Assembly: GCA_035221665.1 (NCBI GenBank)
Contig: CM069147.1
Coordinates: 20,708,001 to 20,772,000, forward strand
Source of the DNA: Okamejei kenojei
Taxonomy: Eukaryota
Reading direction: 5' to 3'
Length of the DNA: 64,000 nucleotides
Shown here: piece by piece, positions 52,124 to 64,000 of the stretch
Layout: each line of letters starts with the position of its first letter
How positions within the stretch are numbered: the stretch's first letter is position 1
Program-made: the position numbers and the translations under genes
Notes under the pieces: model-generated
What the model was told of the DNA's origin: nothing
Databases searched by the model: none
Seen by the model: the letters and a program-made list of their open reading frames with translations, nothing else

Positions 52124-52737
52124 TCCGGCCACCAGCTACAACTAGTTTGTCTGCAGAAAGCAGCGTTGGCAAGTGTAAAGTGAGGGCGTGGTTTACAGCC
52201 GATGAAGGATGATTCATATCCTGTCACCGAAGGCTGCAAATATCATTTGATTGTTTGGATTTCGAACGTCTTCTAAAATCAAATCGGCCGCACGTAGTGG
52301 AAATTATAATTTAATTATAATTATAAGCAAAGTAGTGGAAATTATAATTTAAATGTTATTCTTCTTGGTGCTTTTACTCCTATTCTCAATCATAAATTTA
52401 ATTCTCTATCATATAAGACATAGAAATGACGACATCGAAAATTGGCCAGATTTCAAGCAGGCATGCCCCATTTATGTCCACAATTTAGTTCGTTAACACC
52501 GTTTTGTTTTGCACCGTTTGGACTGTCATCGATATTCAAAATCAATTTATCAATAGTAAGTAGGATTTTTTTTTCGCAGACTGCATAAAATAAATGCACG
52601 ATACGAACGTGTGCTCCATCGATCAGCATCTGCTTATGTGTCAATCCGTGATCACTTGTGTTCCGGGTCGTGATTCAGTGGGCGGTTGGGCAGAGGCACT
52701 GGGACCGAGAGTTGATCAAGCCGGATTCACGTTGCAT

Positions 52738-53163
52738 TGTGTAGGAAAGAACTGCCGATGCTGGGATAATTCGAAGGTATACGCTAGATGCTGGAGTAAC
52801 TCAGCGGGACAGGCTGCATCTCTGGAGAGGAGGAATGGGTGACGTTTCGGGTCGAGACCCTTCTTCAGTCAGGGGAATGGGCGATACAGCGATAGAATGT
52901 ATTCGGAGACAGTAAGACTGATGGCAGAACTGGGAAAGGGGAGGAGATGGAGAGAGAGGGAAAGCAAGGGCTATTTGAAATTATAGAAGTATGAGGTGCT
53001 GTCCCTCCAATTTGCGCTGGGCCTCACTCTGACAACGAAGGAGGCCCAGGACAGAAAGGTCAGATTGGGAATGGGAGGGGGGGTTAAAGTGCTGAGCAAC
53101 CGGGTAATCAGGTAGGTTAAGGCGGACTAAGCGGGGGTGTTCGGCGAAACGATCGCCAAAAGA
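52738..53163 (-). mobile_element. Penelope-like fragment (paralog of 1852-2278)
   Basis: ORF 52981..53175 GIY-YIG C-terminus. Confidence 0.8.
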
Positions 53164-54280
53164 CTTCAACTTCACACAGCTCAGACAATCATTTCCAGCC
53201 GTTAGAACAGCTTCGCTTCTCTAACGACCGACCAACGTAATCATCTTACGGCGGATTGAACAACGAGAATAAATAGTTTATGCGTGCAAAGCATAGTTTA
53301 TGGAAACAGTACGGATTGGCGGTTGTGCTCGTATAACTATTAACTGGTCAGTTTATCTAAGCATAACTTTGAAAACTGTAAGTAAATTCCTATCATTATC
53401 AAATGCATAAGCCTAACATTCGTCTGCTGATTACATATTATCTATTATGAAAATGATGATCAAGAATTTCGTCTGCTCCGTGTGAAATATATGTGTTCTT
53501 TGGTTGTTCCACACTCTGGCAATTTCAGTTTTATTGCATTAGGGGAATTATATGGCAATTTTCTTTCACTTTAATCTGTAATTGAACCACATGTCAAACT
53601 ACGATTTTTATTTCTCTCTTGATAAAGGTTCAACGATGTATTCAGTGTCGTGAACAGTTTGCGCAAAACGGAGCCAGAATGAAAAGAAAAAAAATCACTT
53701 TTATTAACTTCACGCATCTGGAATAATGTTTATCAATAAAATATTTGACTCCGCATTCTTCCCTTTTTTATTGGCCAGGGTGCGACTCGTCCATGATGAT
53801 AGATATCCACACAATATATTTTTATCAGCCTTTAATTAATTATGGGTTAACTCTAAGCAATATACATACGTGACAAGAGCAGGAGGGCAAGGGACATAAG
53901 ATTAATATTTATTGTTTCACAGACACGCTGTACGATTTCGAGAAAAGGAAAATACCAGCAGATGTTGGAAAATCTGAAGGGAAAATGCTGCAAATATGCG
54001 GCACATCAGCCCGCAACTGAATGTCGCTCATTTCAAGCCTTATTACAAAATATTGTTTGACTTATGTCTGTCATCCGCTATGTGAAACCTTGCTCATTAG
54101 GATCACTTTCCACTCAACTTCTGGTTTTAGACTCCCCTCTGCTGGCAAAAATAAGGTGGCCGTCCATTTTATCTATGCTTATTATTTTATAGATCTCTAT
54201 AAGATCCCTCTCAGACTCCCCCGCTCCGGGGGGGGGGGGGGGGGGGGGGTGGGGGTGTATCTTAGCTAGCCTCTCGTAGC

Positions 54281-54359
54281 AAATGCAAACATTTGTTCTA
54301 CAGAAGATAATTTAACGATACTTTGTCAGGAGGATAAAATATATTCAACATTTAGAAAT
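54281..54359 (-). pseudogene. Remnant of a third paralog: copy of intron-4 sequence 45195-45271
   Basis: atgcaaacatttgttcta...gataatttaa.gatacttt.tcagg.ggataaaatatattca matches 45195-45271. Confidence 0.75.
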
Positions 54360-54435
54360 TCTCTGCCACAGAAGGTAGTTGAGGCCAGTTCGTTGGCTAT
54401 ATTTAAGGGGAGTTAGATGTGGTCCTTGTGGCTAA
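54357..54435 (+). mobile_element. Short CR1 fragment
   Basis: attctctgccacagaaggtagttgaggccagttc...gtggctaa, as at 15847-15926. Confidence 0.8.
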
Positions 54436-57400
54436 CTCTTTAGTAGCCAGCAGACTCCATGCTAACGCACTATCCACATCCGCACAAGCATCAGGATATT
54501 GTACCCGCACGCCCCTAGCTCCCTCTCTAGTGCTCGTGACGGACCACGTAACAGCCAGGGCTATGTATGCAGTGGTGTTTTAATAAAAGTACTTAATACT
54601 TAAAAGACATCGTATTACGATCTTGCCGGAATCAGAAGTGGCAGTTCCTATGTCTCCGGTTTTCGCGTTTTATTCATTAGTCCCAGTACCACCCCCCCCC
54701 GCTTCCAAACACGATGGCTTCTGCCTGCCGTAAAGCCTGACGTCCTGTTCTTGATAGCGGACATCCCTCATCGCTGGAGTGTGTTCCTACGGACTTTGAG
54801 CATTACGTTACATTGCCCACCCTGCTGTGGCCCCCCCCGCTGTCAAGCTTCCCCTGCTGCTTAACTTGGCTGGCTCGGAGGCGCTCGAGCGTTTCGGAGT
54901 CGTTCTCTATGGACATGGTGAGGAGTGCTGCTGACCCCGACTGCTTCATTGCTAAAATTACGACGATGTGCGACCATTCCCACTAATACACATTCTGGAG
55001 CGTTTTAGTTGTTCCCAGCCTACAGAACCCCGGGGAGTCTATTGACAATTTTTATGGCCGCGTTGCGCCATGTTGGCTCGCCGATTTAACCTACGTGACC
55101 TGACCCGCCGATGGCCTTGACCCTGCCATTCTGGTCTATGTTCTGCGGGACGAAAAGCAGCGCTCCGAGCTATGCGTAAGCCTGATACTGACACTCATGA
55201 GGCGGCTCATGCCTCTAGTGTTAGCCGAGGACTGGCTCCGTCAGCTATACCTGACCCAGTGGTCCACACACCCCGTCTAGCGGTCCCCGTAAAATGCTCA
55301 CTTCGGCGACAAGGGCACACACCGCTGCTGGGCTCCAACCGCCTCAATCGGTGTCGACACAAATGTAACTTTGTCCTCTCACCGTTATAATGTGTGCCCT
55401 GCGTTGGGAACACCTGTAACTTTTTGCAACAAGCTCGAACACATTTTCAGCGGCATGCCGTTCCCCCGTGGAAACATGGCCAAGCCACACAGAGCCGTCT
55501 CGTTATCTGACGTTGTGGATGACAGTTGTCTTGGTTCGTATCGGCAGCACGATGAGTCTTTCCCCCGTCTGACCCAGAATCTTTGCAGAGCGAGCTGGAG
55601 GTGTTTTCTCTGCGAGGTGCAGCTGGACTGATAACAGACCCGAACCCGTCCAAATCACGGTGAATGGCACGACCTTCTCTGCTAAGGTGGACACTGGTTG
55701 CAGCTGCCTAACGTGTATGTCAACACTCTGGTTTAACAAGATAAGAAAATAATGAGCATGTTTCCACAGACAGTGCCTGTTCTCCGTGCCTATGGGGTTC
55801 GGCGGGCTTGTTCCTAGTGGGGAAGGTCACTCTCCACTGCACGTGCGGTCGGCCACTCGGCCCCTCTCTTTCTTCCACTTTAGAGGTATTCGTGGACAGT
55901 AAATGTGTTCCCCTGCTAGGCGTGGAGGCCTGCAGGACCTCGGGTTGGTGCGTTTCCACAGCGATGTCCACCTGGTTGAGGCGTCCCTGGATCCGCTGGC
56001 CTGAGTTCCCGGACCGGTTTGACTCGAAGCTGGGGAGGTTGCCCGTGCAGCTACAAGATTGCCATCGATCCCAGACGTTACGCCCAGTTGTCCGTCCCCC
56101 GCACGGGTGTCCTTTGCCATGAAGGGCAAGGTCGAGTCTGCTCTTCGCGAGAGATGGTGGCCACGGGCATCCTGGCGCCCTTTACGGCCTCCAACCCAAT
56201 GGGTTTCGACTATGGTTTGTATTGCTGCAAAGAAGGACAAAAGCGAAATACGGATCTGCATCAACCCCAAAGACTTGAACTTGGCCATCAGGCGCCCCGT
56301 ACTATCCCATGCGGACGGTGGAGGAAGTTGCTGCACAGGTCGGCCCTGCCACCGTGTTCTCGGTTCTTGATGCCAAGAGTTCGTTCTGGACAGATTCCTC
56401 TGGACGAGCGGTCCTCGCACCTGACAAACCTTCAGCACACCTTTCGGCAGGTATCGCTTCCTCCGCATGCCGTTAGGGATCAACTCTGCCAGTGAGGTGT
56501 TCCAGAGGACCATGGAACAACTGTTTGCTGACCTCCGTGTGCCATCATTGTCGACGACATCCTGGTTTATGGGAAGGATGTCGCTGAGCACGACCACACG
56601 ACACCGTCGCCAGGTGCTGCAGCGGGCCCGGGAGATCAACCTGAAAGCTCAACCCGAAAAAATGCCGATTCCGGGTTCCTGAGGGCTCACCTACGTGGGT
56701 CATGTTTCACGGCATCGGGGCTGAAGCCTGAACCGCAGAAGACGGCCGCTATATCCGATATGCCTGCGCCTGTGGATGTGCCTGGCCTGCAGCGTTTCTT
56801 GGGCATGGTTAACTACCTGGGAAAGTTCATCCCCGACCCTGAGCGAACTGAGTGCCCCTCTGCCGGGATCTGGTAAAAAAGGACACTGCCTTGGGCTTGG
56901 TTTCCCGCAACACCAGCGCGCGTTTGACACCCCGGTAATCCCGTCCAAGCATGGGTCACTCTAGCATGCCGACGCTGAAGTACTATCGATCTCCAGCGCA
57001 CCCCCCACACCCATCGTTCTCACGTGTGACTGCCTCAAAGTTTGGACCTCGGGCCGCCTGCCTGCAGATCCATGACGGGGTGCAACTGCCTGTTATCTTA
57101 CGCGTCCCGCACAATGACGTCCGCTGAGCAAAGCTATGCCAGATTGAAAAGGAGCTGCTGGCAGTTGTCTTCGCATGCTCCAAATTCAAGGACTATATCC
57201 TGGCAGCTGTTTCCTGTCGAGACGGACCACCAGCCGCTGGTCACCATCCTCAACAAGCCAATACACATGCCTCCCCTCCCCCGGCTCCAGCGCATGATGC
57301 TCCAGCTGCAACGCTTCAGTTTTGCGGTGGTTTTTAACCGCAAGGGCAGGGACATGGTTTTTCTTGCGGACACGCGTCGCGAGCGCCTCTTTGCATCCAC

Positions 57401-59207
57401 GACCCAGCATCCGTATGAGGCGTCCGATTTGATGGTTTTGGGGCGTGAACTTCGTGCCCTCTGGTCAGTTGAAGTCCCTAGCCGAGCACAACGGCAGCAG
57501 ACGCTTCCCTACAGCAGCTGGCCGCGATCATCCAGCAAGGTTGGCCAGACCGTCGTTCTGCCCTGCCGGACGCAGCGGTTTGCCTTACTTCTTGGTTCGT
57601 GATGATTGGTGCTGCGTGGTGGTGTGATAGTGAAGGGCACAAGGTGGTGGTGCCCGAAGCATTACGAGAAACAATACTTTTTAGACGGCTCATCGTGGAC
57701 ATCCCGGGGCCGAGGCGACCTTGCAGTCGCGCAGAGCCAGTTCTTCTGGCCCGACATGCCTCGCTACTTTCCGGGATAGGGTCTCCGCGTGCCCTACCTT
57801 AACAGCCTCGCTCCTCAACAACAGCGGCAGCCGCTCCTGCAGCAGCCAGCAGTGACCTGCCATGGTCTGCGCTAGCAACTGACATCTTTGAATGGCACGG
57901 AAAGCACTTCCTGGTGCTTGTCGACTCGTACTCCAGCTGGTTCGAAGTTGACCAGCTCCACTCGCTCTCTTCCTCTGCGTCATCGACAAGCTGCGCCGCC
58001 ACTTTGCCACATTCGGGTCTCCTCCGCCAGCCTGCAGTCAGACAACGCAGCCAGTTCACCAGTGCCGAGTTCCGAGAGTTTGCTGACCGTTGGAACTTTA
58101 GACATTACACCAGCAGCCCGGATACCCACAGAGCAATGGACTGGCCGAGCGCGCGGTTCGCAGTGCTAAAGAGTTGTTGGAACGTTGCCGCCTATCCCGC
58201 ACCGACATTTACCTGTCCCTGCTGAACCTCCGCAACATCTCCCGCGACCGAGGCCCTGGGCTCCCCGGCTCAGCGCCTAATGTCCGGACAGTGACGAGGC
58301 CCCACGGTCCCGGTGTCTCAAACAGTCCCTGTCCCCCTCCGTCCTGAAACCTGCCTTGGTCCGGGAAACGGTCATTGCTGTCAAACACCGTATCCAGAAG
58401 CGTTCCCATTTGACAGGTCTTGCCGTGTTCTCTGTCCTCTTCTCCCCGGTCAGGTAGTCCGTATGTGGTCCCCTTCTGGCCGCTCCGGGCTGGCTGTGGT
58501 CGTCGGCTCTGCCGGTTCCCCTCGCTCCTACCTGGTCAACCGCGCGACGGCAGGGTGTTCCGCGGTCCCGCCAGCATCTCCAGGCTCGTGAACGAGCCTC
58601 TCCCTTCCCCGGCGGCTCCTTATGCCCCTCCGCTGCCTCTGTCGCAGCCCTGTGCTCTGCCAGTTCCTCTGGGGCCGGCCTCCCCTCGTCCTCCTCCGGA
58701 GCGTCTTTCTGCGGCTTCCCCGCCGTTCTCTTCCCCTCCCTCCCCCCGATGCCTTCATCGCCTAGGGGTTCTCCTGTCCATAGCCCTCCTGTCCATATAG
58801 CCCCCACCTTGATCCAAGCGTTCCCGCTTGTTGCTGTCGGGAAGGAGGTGATGCGAGGTGCGGACCCGGTCTGGTCGCCTGGTCAGGCCGCCGGTCCGCT
58901 ACGGCGATTACGTGTGATTATGTACACCTTTAATTTACTGTTTGTACTTACCCTGGCGTATGAGACGTGGTCGCCCTTCACTCACTGCGTGTTTTGGTAG
59001 AGGAAGGATGTAGATGCTGTGTTACACCTTTAATTGCCAGCATGATTCCATGCTAAACCACTCCCACAGCAGTCAGTATAATTGTACCCGCACGCCCCTA
59101 GCTCCTCTCTAGTGCTCGTGACGGACCACGTACAGCCAGGGCTATGTATGCAGTGTGTTTAATAAAAGTACTTAAGACTTAAAGACATCGTAGTACGATC
59201 TTCCAAC
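54436..59207 (+). mobile_element. Gypsy LTR retrotransposon, heavily frameshifted
   Basis: 5' LTR ~54436-54623 and 3' LTR 59009-59207 after PPT agaggaagga; tcagaagtgg PBS remnant; VDTG, IRICINPKDLNLAI, MPLGINSASEVFQRTMEQLFADL, ETDHQPLVTILNKP, LVDSYSSWFEVD; homologous to the 22.9-41 kb Gypsy. Confidence 0.88.
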
Positions 59208-62200
59208 GGCCACGGACTTCGGATGGGAGTCAGCGGCCACTATCCCCGGAGCTGCCCGCAACACCGGCAGCACCAGCTCCGTGGGCTGGGATAAGGCGGA
59301 AATCGGGGAGCCCTGCACAGCCAGGACCCGACTCTCCACCACGGCTGCCAATGAAACCACATGGTGGTAGGAGCACCGCGCGGGAGCAGGGTAGGGAAGA
59401 CCCTGACTCCCTACCACTGTCACCTAAACATTGGGACAGTGGCATAAAGGTGGGTAAAAATTTGTTCCCCACTCTGCGGCACGTTCTGTCTCCCCTGCTA
59501 TGCAGGTCACCAGAGGGCGGACCAGGGGAAGAACCGCACTAAGGTCGAAAAGCCCCGCTGCAGCGGCCGGCGTCGACCTGCCACCGGAGCAGTCCGCCAG
59601 ATCGTGGGCCGGTGAGGGATCGAGGTCTGAGTCTGGGAGCCCTGCAGGTGCGGCCGGCGCAGACTCGCCACCAGGGGAGCCAGCCAGATCGTGGGCCGGT
59701 GGTAAATCATCTCGGTCACCGCACCCCGCGTTAGCGGCTGGACGTGACCGAACATCGCCTTTAATCGAGGTCTGAGCCTGGGAGCCCCGCTGGTGCAGCT
59801 GGCGCAGACTCGCCACCGGGGGAGCCTGCCAGATCGCAGGCCGGTGGCAAATCATCTCGGTCACCGCACCCCGCGTTAGTGGCTGGACGTGACCGAACAT
59901 CGCCTTGTCCCGGGTAAGACAGGCGGCAAGCCTGCGTGGATATTGGTGAACCCTGCTTCAGTGGCTGGAACCGACACCTCACCGCTCATGTCTTTCTAGA
60001 CAGGCTGGGCCACCACAGTCCGGAAGACCGCGGACTAGCGGCATGTCCGCACGGGAGTCGCATAGCCCCGCTGGAGTGGCAGGCAGCGACATCCTGCCTA
60101 GGTACCCTAGACATCACCTCAACGAGGTGCGGGCCGATGGCAGAAGCCTCAATAGTTCAGGAGAACCTGAGGAAGTCGACTTGCTGTCCGCAGATGCGGC
60201 GGCGGTCGCATGGCCCACATGGAGCGCATGATGAGCGACTCCTTGAGCGAGATCTCCCACAGCAGGATCGGATGTCCAGGAGACAGGGATCTGGGCCATC
60301 CAGCATATCCCCTTCATCGGTGGGGAGTGCCAGGAGTCAGCAGCTGGCTGATGTTGAAGAGGGATTGGCGCAGGAACCTGCAGCACCTGAGAAACCCCAA
60401 GAGGAACTTGTTGATGTGGTTTCCAAATTTGCCAAAACTAGCGGCAAGCATTGACTCCTCACAACACACCAGCTGTAGGAACCAGTCTGACCGAGGAATG
60501 AATAAATACAAGGCCCAAACAACTGTGCTTCGTTGAACGTGGCGACAGTCAACACGCCCATCTGGGGCAACATCAGTCCAGGGATTAGGGCACCAACAGG
60601 AGCTCAAACTTCAATAAATCCTGAAATTGTTGACGTCGGGAATCACTGCCTTTGCCAGGTCGATTGATGGCATGGAGATGACGGAGGAGCAGGAAGATGC
60701 TCTTGCGCTACTGTGTAATACACAGTACGAGATAAACTCCTTCCGGGAAATCTCCACCAAACCAACTCACAACCCAAAATTCTCGTGGGTCTGTCAAAAC
60801 CTATGCTACGCGCCCGCCACCAAGACAGTTGTTCGGTGAAGACCTGCCAAAACAGGTAAAAGACCTGGATGAGGAGGCAAAAGCGGTCGGGTTGATGAAA
60901 CCACCATCCTCGAGCAGGCCACCGGCGTATCACAGACAGCATCCTTACGCTACGTCTAATAGGCCTCGGGTTCAACCCGACAGGGCTATCAGAACCTATC
61001 CACCGGTCGCTCCCTATCTACAAAAGCCTTTTAGGCAGGGCCCACAGCGACCAGCGTGGAAGATACGCTAACACCACATCCCAGTAACACTATGAAACAA
61101 AAAAACCCAGAACATCAAGGCTGCCGGTAACCATGGAAGTAAGGGGGTCTGGTTCTCTTGGAAGTGCTGCATGTATAACCTCACAAGTAGGAGGGAAGTT
61201 GCGTACATTCTGGGATGCATGGGTTTCTGATTGTCACTATCCCAGGGAACAAAGCAATAGACATAATAGAGGCATGTAACAGCCTTGCTTGCGCCAGGAA
61301 ACCGACTATTAGACATGCTGCTAAGGTAATTGGCAAACTTGTAGCTACATCCAGCTGCACAATTTGGGCCGTTACACTATCAAAACTTGCAAAGAGCAAA
61401 ATTCTCAGCATTAAAAGCGAATGCTGGACATCTTTACAGGCCTGTGCAGCTGCCAAGCAAGGCATAAATTGGTGGATTAGCAATGTTTGTGATTGTTTAA
61501 TCCCATCATTACATCAAACCCATCAGTTGTGTTACAAACCGACGCATGCGCCAAGGGCTGGGGGGCTACCGACACCACTTTCAGTTGGGGTGGTAGATGG
61601 GATTTGCATGAGTCTTCAATCACAAGGTATAAACTATTTAGAAATGCTGGGAGCATGTCACGGGCTGCGGGCTTACTGCACTAATCTGCATCATACGCAC
61701 GTCCAACTTCAAAATGAATAATACCACTGAGGTGGCATATTTAAACCATATTGGTGGTATCAAGTCAATATCTTGTGATGAATTGGCAAAAATTAATTTG
61801 GCTCTGGTGTATTGAAAGAAATATTTGGATATCAGCTACGTACCATCCGGTTAAGCTCAAATACAGTGGCGGACACCAGGTCACGAGTATTTAATAACGA
61901 CATCAAGTGGATGTTGAACCTCCAAATATTTGCTAAAATTATAGCCAAATATGGAACACCAAATATCAACCTCTTTGCGTCCAGGTTGAACCATCAGATA
62001 CCAACATATGTCTCTTGGGAACCAGATCCTGGGGCAGTGGCGATGGACGCATTCTCTCTGCATTGGGGGAAATGGGGTTCCTATGCTTTCCCCCATTCTG
62101 CTTCATCAGTTGGGTATTGCAGAAAATTCAACCAGATTCTGCAACAGAAAGGACCATGGACATCATACAGCATTGTGCAGAGAGTCCACTAGGAAGCAGT

Positions 62201-62470
62201 ACCTCACCCACATAAGGAAATGGGAGGTTTCTGTAGTCGGACCAAGACCACCCACAAATCTGCTACGATCTCCAATGTGCTGGAATCCTCGCGGGCCTTC
62301 ATTATGATGAGGCCCTCAGTTACAGTGCCATATACAGTGCCAGGAGTGAACTGTCATCCTATCTCAACATTGGAGTGGGATCTCACCAGCTGGTATCCAA
62401 ACTATGAGGGGTATATTCTATCCAACCCTCCCCGACCATGATATTATATTACCTGGGATATAGGGGTAAT
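59208..62470 (+). mobile_element. DIRS1-like element fragment (gag, deleted RT, RNase H, methyltransferase-like domain, start of YR); termini missing
   Basis: LLTSGITAFARS...ALLCNTQYEINS resembles DIRS gag at 9564; LQTDACAKGWGA, NLFASRLNHQIPTYVSWEPDPGAVAMDAFSLHWG...YAFP. Confidence 0.85.
59621..59906 (+). repeat. Two tandem ~143-bp GC-rich repeats (plus a partial upstream copy) in the DIRS 5' region
   Basis: tcgaggtctgag...cggtcaccgcaccccgcgttag.ggctggacgtgaccgaacatcgcctt occurs twice. Confidence 0.85.
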
Positions 62471-62474
62471 ATAA

Positions 62475-63837
62475 TCTAACATCGCTAGTGGGGAAACTGC
62501 TAGAGTCAGTTATTAAAGATGGGATTGCAGCACATTTGGAAAGTGGTGAAATCATTGGACAAAGTCAGCATGGATTTACGAAAGGTAAATCATGTCTGAC
62601 GAATCTTATAGAATTTTTCGAGGATGTAACTAGTAGAGTGGATAAGGGAGAACCAGTGGATGTGTTATATCTGGACTTTCAGAAGGTTTTCGACAAGGTC
62701 CCACATAAGAGATTACTATACAAACTTAAAGCACACGGTATTGTGGGTTCTGTATTGGATGTGGATAGAGAACTGGCTGGCAGACAGGAAGCAAAGGGTA
62801 GGAGTAAACGGGTCCTTTACAGAATGGCAGGCAGTGACTAGTGGGGTACCACAAGGCCCAGTGCTGGGACCCCAGCTATTTACAATATATATTAATGATT
62901 TGGACGAGGGAATTGAATGCAACATCTCCATGTTTGCGGATGACACGAAGCTGGGGGCCAGTGTTAGGTGTGAGGAGGATGCTAGGAGGCTGCAAGGTGA
63001 CTTGGATAGGCTGGGTGAGTGGGAAAATGCATGGCAGATGCAGTATAAATGTGCGGTTATCCACTTTGGTGGCAAAAACAGGAGGGTAGACTATTATCTG
63101 AACGGTGGCCGATTAGGGAAAGGGGAGATGCAACAAGACCTGTGTGTCATGGTACACCAGTCATTGAAAGTGGGCATGCAGGTGCAGCAGGCAGTGAAGA
63201 AAGCGAATGGTATGTTAGCATTCATAGCAAAAGGATTTGAGTATAGGAGCAGGGAGGTTCTACTGCAGTTGTACAGGGTTTTGGTGAGACCACACCTGGA
63301 GTATTGCGTACAGTTTTGGTCTTCAAATCTGAGAAAATACATTCTTGCCATAGAGGGGGTACAGAGAAGGTTCACCAGACTGATTCCTGGGATGTCAGGA
63401 CTTTCATATGAGGAAAGACTGGATAGACTCGGCTGGGAAGACGTGATAGACTTGGCTTGTACTCGCTAGAATTTAGAAGATTGAGGGGGGATCTTATAGA
63501 AACTTACAAAATTCTTAAGGGGTTGGACAGGCTAGATGCAGGAAGATTGTTCCCGATGTTCGGGAGGTCCAGAACAAGGGGTCACAGTTTAAGGATAAGG
63601 GGGAATTCCTTTAGGACCGAGATGAGGAAAACATTTTTCACACAGGGAGTGATGAGTCTCTGGAATTCTCTGCCACAGAAGGCAGTTGAGGCCAGTTCAT
63701 TGGATACATTTAAGAGGGAGTTGGATGTGGTCCTTGTGGCTAAAGGGATCAGGGGGTATGGAGTGAAGGTAGGTACAGGATACTGAGTTGAATGATCAGC
63801 CATGATCATATTGAATGGCAGTGAAGGGCCGAATGGC
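62475..63837 (+). mobile_element. Young 5'-truncated CR1 LINE, tail missing
   Basis: ORFs 62488, 62660..63469, 63457..63786; near-identical to the copies at 10509 and 30420; fused at ggc to host intron sequence. Confidence 0.92.
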
Positions 63838-64000
63838 AAAATGTTTAAATTTGTTTTTCTATTTTGGAGAACAAATAAGACATTTTAATTGAAAACAAAT
63901 GTAATTGATAATAGAAGGTAAGCAAAATGCTGGAGAAACTCAGCAGGTGAGATAGCATCTCTGGGGCGAAGGAATGGGTGGCTTCAAATATTTATGTAGG
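63835..64000 (-). pseudogene. Remnant of a third paralog: intron-3 sequence fused to intron-2 sequence, C1 exon absent
   Basis: 63835-63980 matches 47057-47200; 63982-64000 is identical to 47982-48000 (cttcaaatatttatgtagg). Confidence 0.7.

Larger units (their letters stand above)
50660..54280 (+). repeat. Segmental duplication unit B (direct copy of 1-3380)
   Basis: Collinear with 1-3380; ORFs 51174..51509, 51516..51881, 52032..52217 and 54021..54269 mirror 521..856, 894..1217, 1367..1549 and 3136..3369. Confidence 0.95.

Noticed and set aside
55172-60975. Dense overlapping GC-rich ORFs on both strands
   Set aside because: Frameshifted fragments and antisense shadows of Gypsy and DIRS coding regions, not host genes

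Overview
Vertebrate (eukaryotic) genomic DNA, most likely a cartilaginous fish such as a skate or ray. This is inferred from the repeat content: CR1 LINEs with (TTTCTATG)n and (CTATTGT)n tails, a V-SINE, Penelope ends and DIRS elements. Most of the window is transposable-element sequence. The only host genes are members of a tandem, minus-strand immunoglobulin-superfamily family. One complete 5-exon gene at 45063-52123 was assembled by hand from GT/AG sites: leader, germline-joined VJ-type V domain, C1 domain, Arg-containing transmembrane segment and short tail, 288 aa with an open frame. A second paralog (leader and V exons, 941-1455) runs off the left edge. Fragments of a third paralog (54281-54359, 63835-64000) appear to have lost the C1, TM and tail exons. 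The spacer between copies is dominated by one L2 LINE (7716-41990) split by about 33 kb of nested insertions, up to five levels of insertion deep: Rex1, L1, DIRS, CR1, Gmr1-like Gypsy, Helitron and Gypsy. Many of these still show readable target-site signatures. The 54.4-59.2 kb Gypsy is unusually rich in 1-bp indels and may be poorly polished sequence.
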